64,000 nt of DNA, from positions 223,930 through 287,929 of the forward strand of contig JAXLZS010000001.1 in the NCBI GenBank assembly GCA_046350775.1, in the 5' to 3' direction. The position numbers and the translations under genes are program-made. The stretch comes from Minisyncoccota bacterium. GTDB taxonomy: Bacteria; Patescibacteriota; Minisyncoccia; Phycocordibacterales; UBA5272. Shown here one piece after another: positions 48,249 to 57,805 of the stretch (positions are counted from its first letter, which is position 1; each line of letters opens with the position of its first letter). Below the pieces are notes generated by a model. It made no database searches. It was given only the letters and a program-made list of their open reading frames with translations, and was not told where the DNA came from.

Positions 48249-48702
48249 CTAAGTCAGAAAGTTTTGAAGCGACAGAATCAGCATCTTTATTATTTGATTT
48301 AGAATACTTTTCCCATTCTTCTTCACTCCAGACTTCTACACGTGAATGCATACCTACAAGTACTGCTTTCTTTTTTATATCAGCAAAAGATTTTAGCTGA
48401 TCAGTGATCAAGATTCTTCCCACGGAATCAAGATCTGTATCAAAAGCATTTGAAAGCATAAAGCGAGTAAAACTACGAGTATCTTTATTTGTGAAAGATA
48501 GAGAAGATAATTTCTCTGCTATTTTTTGCCATTCTTTTAAACTAAAAACAAAGAGCGACTTATCGAGACCACTAGTCACGACGACTTTCTTACCAAGAAC
48601 ACTACGCCATTTTGATGGAATAGAAATTCTTTTTTTGTCATCGAGTTGATGAATATAGTGGCCAATAAGCATAAAATTAAAACTGGTAACGATATCTCCC
48701 AC
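48238..48702 (-). CDS. mraZ: Transcriptional regulator MraZ
   Basis: The doubled MraZ motif: HQLDDKKRISIPSKWR, then a second LDSVGRILI. It is 154 aa and first in the dcw operon. Confidence 0.85.
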   Translation of the reverse strand: MGDIVTSFNFMLIGHYIHQLDDKKRISIPSKWRSVLGKKVVVTSGLDKSLFVFSLKEWQKIAEKLSSLSFTNKDTRSFTRFMLSNAFDTDLDSVGRILITDQLKSFADIKKKAVLVGMHSRVEVWSEEEWEKYSKSNNKDADSVASKLSDLGVL

Positions 48703-48796
48703 AATATCCCACCTTCACCCATTATATACCACTTATTTTTTTGTGACAAGAAAAAACACCGCCTCACTTGTGGAAAACGGTGTAAATCGATTTAAA

Positions 48797-49396
48797 TTAT
48801 GGAGTATGGTTGTAATTGTACCAACAACTAAACCAAATATCACCACTATCTTTTGGATTACCTTGATATCCTATATGAAGTCTTGGAATATAAGATTTGA
48901 TTTCATATTCCAAAGCCTCCATTAGTTCTCGATCAGGTTGTCCATCTGATCCGGTCAAATGAAAATTATTTGCTACCAATATTTCTTCATCTATAAAAAG
49001 AGAGAAACAATTGTTCCCAGATAGATCTGAAATTTGACCTAATGTTTTTAATAAAACAACATCTATTAAAGATCTGGAAAATCTTTCTCCAAAATCAGAA
49101 GAATGATGTGTCGGCAAATTTAAAAACTTTTTGAGATTTTCATTCTTTCCAAAATCAAGAAAGATTTCTTTTTTGAGAATTTCTAAAGCTTTTGAAAATG
49201 CCTGATCAGTTGGGGTTACAGCAAGAATAATTTCTTCAAATACTGTATAAACTTTTGCAAGCAATGGATCTTTGTCTGTGATTCTTTTTATTTGTAACAG
49301 ACGATTTTCATGTTTATTCATCATTATAGAATTTGATTGATTGTGAAAAATGTACAATACCAAACTTATCCTACGATAAATATAAAAATAAGTCAA
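48797..49396 (-). CDS. Hypothetical protein (probable start at the internal Met near 49324)
   Basis: 199-aa ORF with no motif. Confidence 0.35.
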   Translation of the reverse strand: MTYFYIYRRISLVLYIFHNQSNSIMMNKHENRLLQIKRITDKDPLLAKVYTVFEEIILAVTPTDQAFSKALEILKKEIFLDFGKNENLKKFLNLPTHHSSDFGERFSRSLIDVVLLKTLGQISDLSGNNCFSLFIDEEILVANNFHLTGSDGQPDRELMEALEYEIKSYIPRLHIGYQGNPKDSGDIWFSCWYNYNHTP

Positions 49397-49407
49397 TAAA
49401 AGGAAAA

Positions 49408-50892
49408 TTACTTTTTCTCCTTTACAAGTGGAAACATAATTGTCTCTCGAAGTGGGAGTCCAGCTAAAAATGCAAACAATCTATCACCAAATCCAAACCC
49501 ACATGTTGGCGGCATACCATGCTCGAGCATCTCTACAAATTCATAATCAGGCATCATCGCCTCCTCATCACCACCTTCAAGCATTTCTCTTTGTTTTTCA
49601 AAATTTTCTTTTTGAAGAATAGGATTATTTAATTCACTATATCCATTTCCAATCTCAGATCCAGCGAGTATTGGCTGAAATCTTTGCGCGGTCTTGCCGT
49701 CAGGATTTGGCTTTGCAAGTGGCACTATGATGAGTGGAGGATTCACAACAAAAGCTGGACCGGAGATATTTTTACGACAATATTTCCAAAGAGTATCTAA
49801 AAGTCGTTCTCTGTTTTCTCCGTCATATTTTACTTTCAATTCTTCTAATTTATTTTTAATCTCTACATCTGTCGCTGTCCAAATATCAATCTCAGTTTGC
49901 TTTTTGATCTCGTCTGCATATTGTATCTCAGCCCATTCATCAGCCAGATCAAAAGTGAATCCTTTCATTTCAAATTTTGTTTTTCCAAAGACTTCTATAG
50001 CTATTTTTCTATAAAGATCTTTTACGATTTTCATACCATCTTTATAATCAGCATATCCAAGATAAAATTCGCAATTAGTAAATTCTTGAAGATGCTCTGG
50101 ACTTGAGCCTTCATTTCTATAAGCTCTACCAATCTCATATGTTCCAGCATAGCCTGCTGCCATGAGTCTTTTTTGCCATAATTCTCCGACACATATACGC
50201 ATGTATACATCCATATCATAATCATTATGATATGTCTTGAATGGTCTCGCCTCTGCTCCGCCTGTTGTGGCTTCGATAGTTGGAGTCTCTACTTCGAGCA
50301 TTCCTTTTTCGTTCAAAAATTCACGAACAACTTTCCAAAATTTAGCTTTTTTATAAAATAATTCTCTCAAATCCTTGTTTGTCAAAATATCAAGGTATCT
50401 CATTCTCATTTTCAATTCTTCATTTTCTAGACCGTGATATTTGTCCGGGAGAGGAAGAAGTGACTTTGTTAAAATCTTTATCTTTTTGACCAAAAGACTT
50501 TTTTGTCCTGTTTTACTTAAAAATCTTTCCCCTTCCACCTCTACAAAGTCACCAATATCAAGATATTCATTATAAAAATCAAACACTTCACTTGGAGACT
50601 CTGGATTTTTTATAATACATTGTACTTTACTATACTCATTTAGTTCGGCTGATCCATCAAAAAGATCAAAGAAGATGAGATTACCTTGTCCACGAGAAGA
50701 CATTATACGTCCAGCTAAAATAGTAGATTCAATATTTTCAAAATTTTCTAGAAAATTTTTTACAGAATCTTTCCTGTCAGAATGTGCTGTAAAAGGATCA
50801 AAGCCGGCCTCTTTTAGCTTTTTTAATTTTTTAAGTCTCTCTTCTTTTAATTCTAAAATAGATGTCATAAATATATAAATAATTATAGACAT
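49408..50892 (-). CDS. lysS: Lysyl-tRNA synthetase, class II
   Basis: N-terminal OB-fold, then class II motifs ...ELWQKRLM (motif 1-like), FRNEGSSPEHLQEFTNCEFY (motif 2), and GFGFGDRLFAFL (motif 3). Confidence 0.9.
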   Translation of the reverse strand: MSIIIYIFMTSILELKEERLKKLKKLKEAGFDPFTAHSDRKDSVKNFLENFENIESTILAGRIMSSRGQGNLIFFDLFDGSAELNEYSKVQCIIKNPESPSEVFDFYNEYLDIGDFVEVEGERFLSKTGQKSLLVKKIKILTKSLLPLPDKYHGLENEELKMRMRYLDILTNKDLRELFYKKAKFWKVVREFLNEKGMLEVETPTIEATTGGAEARPFKTYHNDYDMDVYMRICVGELWQKRLMAAGYAGTYEIGRAYRNEGSSPEHLQEFTNCEFYLGYADYKDGMKIVKDLYRKIAIEVFGKTKFEMKGFTFDLADEWAEIQYADEIKKQTEIDIWTATDVEIKNKLEELKVKYDGENRERLLDTLWKYCRKNISGPAFVVNPPLIIVPLAKPNPDGKTAQRFQPILAGSEIGNGYSELNNPILQKENFEKQREMLEGGDEEAMMPDYEFVEMLEHGMPPTCGFGFGDRLFAFLAGLPLRETIMFPLVKEKK

Positions 50893-50981
50893 TATAATGT
50901 ATTTTTATTCAAAATCAAAGAAAAATCCCAATTACTATTTAATTGGGATTTTTTATTTATATGTGTGAGAGAGATATATAG

Positions 50982-51455
50982 CTAATCTACTTTCTCAATA
51001 ATATAAGAGACTTCACCTTTTGGAGTCATGAAAGTGACTTTGTCACCAGCATGCTTTCCTATTAAAGCCATACCTAATGGAGATTCATTAGAGACCTTTC
51101 CATTTATCAAATCCACCTCTTCTGATCCGACTATAGTAAAAGTATTTATTTCATTATTTTCTAATTTTTTAACGACAACTGTAGAGCCTACAAATATACC
51201 GTTTTCTGTATGATGAGCATTAGCTATGACAGCATTTTGTAAAATATTTTCTAACTCTAAAATTCTAGCTTCACAACGAGCCTGATCATCTCTAGCTTGA
51301 GAATATTCAGCGTTTTCTGCAAGATCTCCAAGAGACTTTGCCCATTCGATAGCACTAGCTATCTCTTTTCTTCTAACTGTCTTTAAATTTTCAAGCTCAC
51401 TTTCAAGCTCGATTTTCTTTTCATTGGTCAAATACTCTTTTACTTCTTTTGCCAT
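50982..51455 (-). CDS. greA: Transcription elongation factor GreA
   Basis: N-terminal coiled-coil with acidic tip GDLAENAEYSQARDDQ, and a C-terminal FKBP-like domain. Confidence 0.88.
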   Translation of the reverse strand: MAKEVKEYLTNEKKIELESELENLKTVRRKEIASAIEWAKSLGDLAENAEYSQARDDQARCEARILELENILQNAVIANAHHTENGIFVGSTVVVKKLENNEINTFTIVGSEEVDLINGKVSNESPLGMALIGKHAGDKVTFMTPKGEVSYIIEKVD

Positions 51456-51535
51456 AATTTTTTGGAAATATTTTTTAATTAATAAATCAATACTAACATA
51501 ATTTTTACCATTTGTTAATATTGATATTTTTTATT

Positions 51536-53296
51536 TTATTTTAGATAATTATCCTTATTTTCCGCAATATAATCTAAGACCGACTTCATAGCTTCTACAG
51601 CTCCTGAAGAGTTTGTAAGTTTTCCATTCTCCATGATCACAGTAAAGGCATATTTTGGGTTTTCATAAGGAAAATATCCAGTAATCAAAGAATTTACTTT
51701 TCCTTTAACAACACCGAGCTCGGCCGTACCTGATTTTGCAGCAATCCTTAATTCTGGAACGTTCAACCTTGTAGCCGATCCACCAGGCAAAACTACACCC
51801 CTCATACCTTCTTGCACATATTTTAAGGCTGTCTTATTAAGACCAAGATCTACGACTGGCCATACTTTATTATTATACTCATTTACCAAATTAGAATTAT
51901 AATTCTCATCACTAGAAGAGGCTGATAAAAATACATGTGGTGTAACAAGTTTTCCACCGTTAGCTATTGAGGCAATATATCTAATGAGCTCTATAGGAGT
52001 AACTTGAAATCCATATTGACCAATAGATGTGTGATAAGTATTTCCAAGGGTCCAATCACCGTCCACAAAATTTATTCTTTTCCAGTCTGGAGTAGGTATC
52101 ACACCTGTAGCTTCGCTTGGTAAGTCTATACCCGTAGTAGAAGCTAAACCAAAAAGTCTTGCATAATTATCTATCCTTGTAATACCAAGCCCTGGCTGAT
52201 CCTGATATCCACCACCAACTTGATAAAAATACTCATCTGAAGATTCTGCCACTGCTCTGACCACATTTATCCAGCCATGTATTTTCCAATCTTTAAAAAC
52301 AGTATCTGGACCACCATATCTGTTTTTTATAACTATCTGACCAGTTGATAAAATATTTTTATCAGGAGAAATCACTTTCTCATTGAGAGCAGCATACGCC
52401 ATAAATGGTTTTACTACTGAACCAGGAGTAAAAAGTCCTGCCACTGGCCTATTTAAAAATGGGGTCCTTTTATCTTTCAATAAAGATAAAATCTTTTGAT
52501 TATCAGCTGTGCCAGTAGCATTTGTCATAAGATTATTATCATATTGGGGAAATGTAGTGATGGCCAATATCTCACCATTATTTACATCCATTATAATTCC
52601 GGTACCAGAAACATATCCATGATTATTTACCACATCACGAATAGAGTTAAACATTTTCTTTTGTAGATTTGCATCGATTGATAAATTAAGATTTGCTCCA
52701 GGTATTGGCTTAATAATAATATTTTCAGATTCAACTGAAGATTTTACATCTTTTTCTGTGATTTTCTTGCCATTTACTCCAGAAAGTAAATCTTGATAAA
52801 TTAATTCAACGCCATCTTTTCCAATATAATTATCTTGCCAATAATTTTTTAAATTATCCGCTTTTGGATAAGATATGTATCCTAAAAGATTTGAAAACCC
52901 TAAATCAGAAATATATTCTCTTTTGAATATATAAGAAGATGTTGATACTATATTGCTAGCTAAAATATTTCCATTTCTATCAAAAATTTCACCCCTGTTT
53001 GCTAAGATTAGATCAGTATTGTATCTATTATTGTCCGCCTTATCTTTATAGGTAGAATAATTTTTTATCTGCAAATTGTAGAGCTGACCAATAAAAACCA
53101 AAAAAATTACCGCAATTAAAAAAGATGGAGCCAAATCTGCTGTCCTAGATATGGGTTTATCAAGAGTACCTTCCATTCTGTCTAAATCTAGACCGGCCAA
53201 ATTTGAAGAATCTAGAAATATATCTTCAGGATCTATTTCCTGACCATGCTTTTTATTAATTTTTTTTATTATTCTATTAAAATAATTTTTTACCAT
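51536..53296 (-). CDS. mrdA: Penicillin-binding protein 2 (MrdA-like elongasome transpeptidase)
   Basis: N-terminal TM. Active site GSVVKPFMAYAAL (SxxK) and KSGTAE (KSG). It is adjacent to mreB-mreC. Confidence 0.8.
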   Translation of the reverse strand: MVKNYFNRIIKKINKKHGQEIDPEDIFLDSSNLAGLDLDRMEGTLDKPISRTADLAPSFLIAVIFLVFIGQLYNLQIKNYSTYKDKADNNRYNTDLILANRGEIFDRNGNILASNIVSTSSYIFKREYISDLGFSNLLGYISYPKADNLKNYWQDNYIGKDGVELIYQDLLSGVNGKKITEKDVKSSVESENIIIKPIPGANLNLSIDANLQKKMFNSIRDVVNNHGYVSGTGIIMDVNNGEILAITTFPQYDNNLMTNATGTADNQKILSLLKDKRTPFLNRPVAGLFTPGSVVKPFMAYAALNEKVISPDKNILSTGQIVIKNRYGGPDTVFKDWKIHGWINVVRAVAESSDEYFYQVGGGYQDQPGLGITRIDNYARLFGLASTTGIDLPSEATGVIPTPDWKRINFVDGDWTLGNTYHTSIGQYGFQVTPIELIRYIASIANGGKLVTPHVFLSASSSDENYNSNLVNEYNNKVWPVVDLGLNKTALKYVQEGMRGVVLPGGSATRLNVPELRIAAKSGTAELGVVKGKVNSLITGYFPYENPKYAFTVIMENGKLTNSSGAVEAMKSVLDYIAENKDNYLK

Positions 53297-53489
53297 ATTT
53301 TATTATTATCTAAGGTATGGACTTAAAAATCTGAACGACATAAATATTATAAAATAAATCGTAGTTAGAGTTGGAAAATTGTTTGTGGAAAGTGAAATAT
53401 CAAAAAATAAACAAAAAATAAATAAAAATATTAAAAATAAAATTAGAATTATTTTTGAGATGTAAGGTTTTATATATTTCATATATTTC

Positions 53490-54419
53490 TTATTTATGGA
53501 CTATATAGTAGTCATCATTTATCCTGGTATTATAATATCCTCTAATAAAAATCTTTTGATAAAAAGAAGCTTCTTCATTTTCAACTTTTACGACTTCTCC
53601 GAGAGCTTTACTTTCATCACTCGCCAGATATATGACTGTACCAGTAGAGACTTTTATATTATCAGGCAGAGACACAAAAAAATCTCCACTACCATTTCCA
53701 TAAATATCAATAATGATATTGCGAGATGTGGCTGAGATTCTGATATCATTATTAGAATTAAAAATAGTAGAAGAAGAAAAAGATAAAGTAGAAGAGCTGT
53801 TATCAATAGACGTAGAAGTAGAAGTGCTGCCAACTCCTGTTTGAGGTTTTGGCAGGACAGAGTCATCACGACTCGCTTTCAAGACGGCTTCTATTTTATT
53901 TTTATTTCTAGAATAGAGAGACATGAGGGAAGTGTTACTATTAATACTCTCTATTTGGCCTATGAGCTTATTTGGATAAATAAATACCATATCTCCTTTT
54001 TCCACTCCGTTTAAAAATCCTTTATTTAAAAGGACAGTATCATATATAGAAGTAAAATCAGAAAATATTTTTTTTGCGATTATTGGACCATTCTTAAGAA
54101 CGACATTATTTGTTGAAGTGGTTGAGGAATCTACAAGGGATCCGTATTGTTCTTTTTGGATCTGAGACTTTAAATATTCTATTTCGGCTTCAAGAGATCG
54201 TCTTGAGACGAAATATTTTTTAATGCCAGAAAAAAAACCAGTAAAAGAATTAGCTGTCTTGTCTATCGAATATAAAAATGAATTTGGTGTATTCATCACA
54301 TTTTCATCTTTTGAGACACTATAATTAAACCAAGACTTTATACTAGAAAAAGATATTAAAAATATTATAAAAACAATTATAAAAATAATGTTTGTCTTAT
54401 AATATTTTTTTTTAATCAT
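53490..54419 (-). CDS. mreC: MreC-like rod-shape protein with a Ser/Thr-rich low-complexity insertion
   Basis: N-terminal TM plus a coiled-coil (LEAEIEYLKSQIQ). The assignment rests mainly on its position between mreB and mrdA. The S/T-rich segment reads GVGSTSTSTSIDNSSSTLSFSSS. Confidence 0.55.
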   Translation of the reverse strand: MIKKKYYKTNIIFIIVFIIFLISFSSIKSWFNYSVSKDENVMNTPNSFLYSIDKTANSFTGFFSGIKKYFVSRRSLEAEIEYLKSQIQKEQYGSLVDSSTTSTNNVVLKNGPIIAKKIFSDFTSIYDTVLLNKGFLNGVEKGDMVFIYPNKLIGQIESINSNTSLMSLYSRNKNKIEAVLKASRDDSVLPKPQTGVGSTSTSTSIDNSSSTLSFSSSTIFNSNNDIRISATSRNIIIDIYGNGSGDFFVSLPDNIKVSTGTVIYLASDESKALGEVVKVENEEASFYQKIFIRGYYNTRINDDYYIVHK

Positions 54420-54423
54420 AAAA

Positions 54424-55482
54424 TTATTTTACAAATGATACATCTTTGGAATTTTTTATTAGAAGTTCATCAAATCTTTCAATATTATTTAGTATTACTC
54501 CACACCCAGCTGCCACATCTACCAGAGCGTGAGGAGAGATGATAGTCTTTACTTTTAATTGGGCTTCAAAAAGCTTGTCTATATTTTTAATAAGAGCTCC
54601 ACCCCCTGTCATTATTATCCCATCTCTCAAAATATCTCCAAGTACCTCTGGTGGTGCCAATTCTAACAATTCTTTTGTGGCATCTATGATTGCGATAAGA
54701 CTAGGGTACATAGCTTCACGTATATCCGCATCATTTATAACAATCTCTTTTGGAAGACCTGTCACCAAATCACGACCTTTGACTGACATATCATGCACAT
54801 CATGAATATTATCAGGAAGAGCGCTACCGATTTCTATTTTTATTTCTTCCGCTGTTTTTTCACCTATTAATACTTTGTATTGAGATTTTATATATGAGAC
54901 TATATCTTGATTCATTTTATCTCCTGCTATTTTTAAAGATTTTCTTAAGACTATCCCAGAAAGAGAAAGTATGGCGATATCAGACGTACCTCCACCAATG
55001 TCTACTATCAGAGATCCTGTAGGAGTATGAACTGATAATCCCATACCTATAGCTGCTGCGGCTGGCTCTTCTATAATAAATACTTCTCTAGCTCCAGCTG
55101 ATATAGCAGCATCTTCTACAGCTCTGATTTCTACATCCGTGATACCGATAGGAATACCAACTACGACTCTAGGACCTAGAAACTTTTTATTTAAACTATT
55201 AGCTTTATTTATAAGGTAAGATAAAAATTCTTCCGTCACTTCATAATCTGATATCACTCCATCTATTATAGGACGGACTACTTTGATATGCTCTGGAGTG
55301 CGACCCATCATGTTTTTTGCTTCTCTTCCGAGAGCTACTATCTTACTAGTTTTATTATTGATAGCGACAACAGATGGCTCATTGATCACAATACCCTTTC
55401 CAGACAAAGAAACAAGAGTATTGGTGGTACCCAAATCAATCCCAATATCATTGGAAAATCTGTTAAATAATTTTTTAAACAT
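54424..55482 (-). CDS. mreB: Rod-shape-determining actin homolog MreB
   Basis: IGIDLGTTNTLV, DIGGGTSDIAILS, and IIMTGGGALI (actin-fold phosphate-binding and adenosine motifs). Confidence 0.92.
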   Translation of the reverse strand: MFKKLFNRFSNDIGIDLGTTNTLVSLSGKGIVINEPSVVAINNKTSKIVALGREAKNMMGRTPEHIKVVRPIIDGVISDYEVTEEFLSYLINKANSLNKKFLGPRVVVGIPIGITDVEIRAVEDAAISAGAREVFIIEEPAAAAIGMGLSVHTPTGSLIVDIGGGTSDIAILSLSGIVLRKSLKIAGDKMNQDIVSYIKSQYKVLIGEKTAEEIKIEIGSALPDNIHDVHDMSVKGRDLVTGLPKEIVINDADIREAMYPSLIAIIDATKELLELAPPEVLGDILRDGIIMTGGGALIKNIDKLFEAQLKVKTIISPHALVDVAAGCGVILNNIERFDELLIKNSKDVSFVK

Positions 55483-55576
55483 TGCTATATATTACCATAA
55501 AATAAACTGTCTACAAAACTAAAATATAGCAGATATTATAGTGTTATAATCTGTATATTAATAAATATTAAACAAT

Positions 55577-56023
55577 ATGATATTAGATTTTATAGGATTA
55601 TTTGTATTACTTGCTGGATTTGTTATTGGACTTGGTGCTGTGACAGTGATTGATATTCACGGATTCTTGGGAAGAAAATCTGGTTATTGGACAGAGGCTA
55701 CTACCAGGACCCACAAAGTCACAAAGCCTATGATTTGGATTGGGATTTTTCTTGTGATTATCGGTGAACAGATTTTCTTTAGAAATCATTCTTTTTCTGG
55801 AATATTGCTCTATCTCACAATAGTTTCTATAGTACTAATAATAAATGGATTTTTTCTTTCATTTTCTGTGAGTCCATATATGCTTGAAAGAGAAAGACAA
55901 GGAAAGCAAGCTGAACTTTTACCACAAAAATGGCAAAATAAAATAATGATTAGCCTTTTGTTTTCTGATTTTGGCTGGTGGAGTTCGCTTGTTGTGATAG
56001 TTTGGTATTTGGTTTTGAAATAG
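55577..56023 (+). CDS. Hypothetical 4-TM membrane protein
   Basis: 148 aa with four hydrophobic helices. Confidence 0.45.
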   Translation: MILDFIGLFVLLAGFVIGLGAVTVIDIHGFLGRKSGYWTEATTRTHKVTKPMIWIGIFLVIIGEQIFFRNHSFSGILLYLTIVSIVLIINGFFLSFSVSPYMLERERQGKQAELLPQKWQNKIMISLLFSDFGWWSSLVVIVWYLVLK

Positions 56024-56028
56024 ATATT

Positions 56029-56670
56029 TTAAATATTTCTAACATTCCAAAGTTTTTCCAGATTTTCTACAGTCAATTCCTCTTCCATTCTTTTTTTATA
56101 ATATTCTTTTAATTCTTTGTTAAGATGGCTAAACGACCATCGATGTAACCAAATTTGGTTTTCAATATCTTTTTTTACGTCTTCTATTGAAAAAGTAATT
56201 TCATTAAAATCTATAAATATAATACGACCGTCCAAAACTCCACAATTCACTGTAAAATTAAAAGATATTTCTGAAAATCCAAACTCCCAAGACTTTTTAA
56301 TTAGTTCTATATAATTGTCTAAAACCATTTTTAGATCATGAATACCATATTTCTTTAAAATCTTTTTTACTATCAAAACTTTGTCCTGTTCGTAATTTAT
56401 AGAACCATCAAAAAAATTAGGATTACCTATTAAGGATAGATCTTTTAAAATTTTTACCAGTTTTTTATATTTTAATTCTGTAATTTTAATATTTTTCTTT
56501 GTATTGATATATTCCCTAATAAAATCTGGATTAAAGGATCTGGAAATTAATATAAATAAAAAAATCCTAAAATTACTCTTTAATTTCTTAAACACTCTAC
56601 CATTACCAATATCGTACACATTGTAATAATATCCTTCGCCTATTTTTTTCATATATAAATATAATAGCAC
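56029..56670 (-). CDS. Hypothetical protein, possibly a small protein-kinase-like fold
   Basis: N-terminal KKIGEGYYYNVYDIGNGRVFKKLK resembles a Gly-rich loop followed by an (A/V)xK lysine. IIFIDFNEITF resembles a DFG region. This is weak, from motifs only. Confidence 0.3.
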   Translation of the reverse strand: MLLYLYMKKIGEGYYYNVYDIGNGRVFKKLKSNFRIFLFILISRSFNPDFIREYINTKKNIKITELKYKKLVKILKDLSLIGNPNFFDGSINYEQDKVLIVKKILKKYGIHDLKMVLDNYIELIKKSWEFGFSEISFNFTVNCGVLDGRIIFIDFNEITFSIEDVKKDIENQIWLHRWSFSHLNKELKEYYKKRMEEELTVENLEKLWNVRNI

Positions 56671-56697
56671 TTATGACAATTAAAAAACACTTATTTG

Positions 56698-57060
56698 TCA
56701 CTTAATCAATGTTCCTTGATGGAAAAACATTTTCCATGTTCCTTTTTCTTTTCTCCAGATTGAAGTTCTTAATGAAGTAGCTTTTTCTGTATCATTAATA
56801 ACTTTTTCTGTTTTAAAATTTGTCACGACAACATCCTCTGATAAGATTTTAATTTCAAAATTACTGACAATATACTCAGTTTTGTTTGTTTCTGCTGGCA
56901 ATCTATTTAAAATATCTTGCTTAGTATAAATTAGGCCAGAACTTCCAAATTCTCTAAAATCATCAGTGAGTAAATTATTCAACATTTCCACAGAACTTCT
57001 TATTTCTGGTTTAAGTAATGATGTTTCTAATTCGTAAATTGTATTATATATCTCATTCAT
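56698..57060 (-). CDS. NTF2-like / DUF4440 (SnoaL-like) small protein
   Basis: 120 aa ending ...KGTWKMFFHQGTLIK, typical of the DUF4440 ketosteroid-isomerase-like fold. Confidence 0.45.
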   Translation of the reverse strand: MNEIYNTIYELETSLLKPEIRSSVEMLNNLLTDDFREFGSSGLIYTKQDILNRLPAETNKTEYIVSNFEIKILSEDVVVTNFKTEKVINDTEKATSLRTSIWRKEKGTWKMFFHQGTLIK

Positions 57061-57122
57061 AATTTAATTATATCATTTTGATAATAATTAAAAAAAATTA
57101 GTCAAATTGGTTTCAAGGTAAA

Positions 57123-57521
57123 TTACAAATCTGTTTTAATCTCTTTTAATATAAAACTAAGATTGACTGGGAGTTTTTCTTCTGCTTCTTCAATTGAAAA
57201 CCAACGTTTCTCAATATCACTTTCTCCATCATCTACTTTTCTAATAACTTTAGAAAGAAACATAAAAATTCTTATAGCTTCACCAGACTCTTTATGAGTA
57301 TATGTAATATTGGAAAGTTCTCCTAAGAGTTCAATCTCATAACCTGTCTCTTCTAAAATTTCCCTTCTAGCTGTATATTCTTTTGTTTCGCCTTCTTCCA
57401 TGTGACCTTTTGGAAAAGACCAATTATTTTGATCTGGGATTGTAACTAAAAGAATTTTTCCTTCATTTAGCACAATACTTCCAGCTTTCATGGTCTCGTT
57501 ATTTTCATTTTTTATTTTCAT
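57123..57521 (-). CDS. NUDIX hydrolase
   Basis: The Nudix box reads FPKGHMEEGETKEYTARREILEETGYE. The track ORF start at 57605 would overlap the tRNA, so I moved the start to an internal Met. Confidence 0.7.
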   Translation of the reverse strand: MKIKNENNETMKAGSIVLNEGKILLVTIPDQNNWSFPKGHMEEGETKEYTARREILEETGYEIELLGELSNITYTHKESGEAIRIFMFLSKVIRKVDDGESDIEKRWFSIEEAEEKLPVNLSFILKEIKTDL

Positions 57522-57528
57522 ATTTTTG

Positions 57529-57615
57529 CGGAGAATGTGAGATTCGAACTCACGGAACCAATAAAGGTTCGGCGGTTTAGTAAACCGCTGGTTTAAACCA
57601 CTCACCCAATTCTCC
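57529..57615 (-). tRNA. Type-II (long variable arm) tRNA with an atypical anticodon loop UUACUAA; identity uncertain (apparent anticodon ACU; Ser/Leu-like architecture)
   Basis: The reverse complement reads GGAGAAT-TG-GGT..ACC-A-GCGGT-TTACTAA-ACCGC-CGAACCTTTATTGGTTCC-GTGAG-TTCGAAT-CTCAC-ATTCTCC-G. The acceptor, T-arm and variable arm are canonical; the anticodon loop is not. Confidence 0.6.
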
Positions 57616-57624
57616 TTTTAAATC

Positions 57625-57714
57625 TGGCGGAGACGATGGGATTTGAACCCATGAGGGGATTGCTCCCCTGCCTCGTTAGCAGTGAGGTGCCTTCGACCAC
57701 TCAGCCACGTCTCC
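57625..57714 (-). tRNA. tRNA-Ser (anticodon GCT), type II, CCA encoded
   Basis: GGAGACG acceptor, anticodon arm CCTCA-CTGCTAA-CGAGG, variable arm CAGGGGAGCAATCCCCTC, T-arm GGGTTCAAATCCC, and 3' CGTCTCC-G-CCA. Confidence 0.8.
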
Positions 57715-57805
57715 AATGAAAGACATTTTAACACAAAAAAGTTTTTTCTAGAAATTTACTTTGAATGTTATAATATATCATTATAAAATTAAAAATAATA
57801 AAGAT

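Noticed and set aside
57123-57605. Track start of the NUDIX ORF at 57605
   Set aside because: That start would overlap the class-II tRNA at 57529..57615 on the same strand. In-frame internal Met codons downstream of the tRNA (57521 or 57491) are more plausible.
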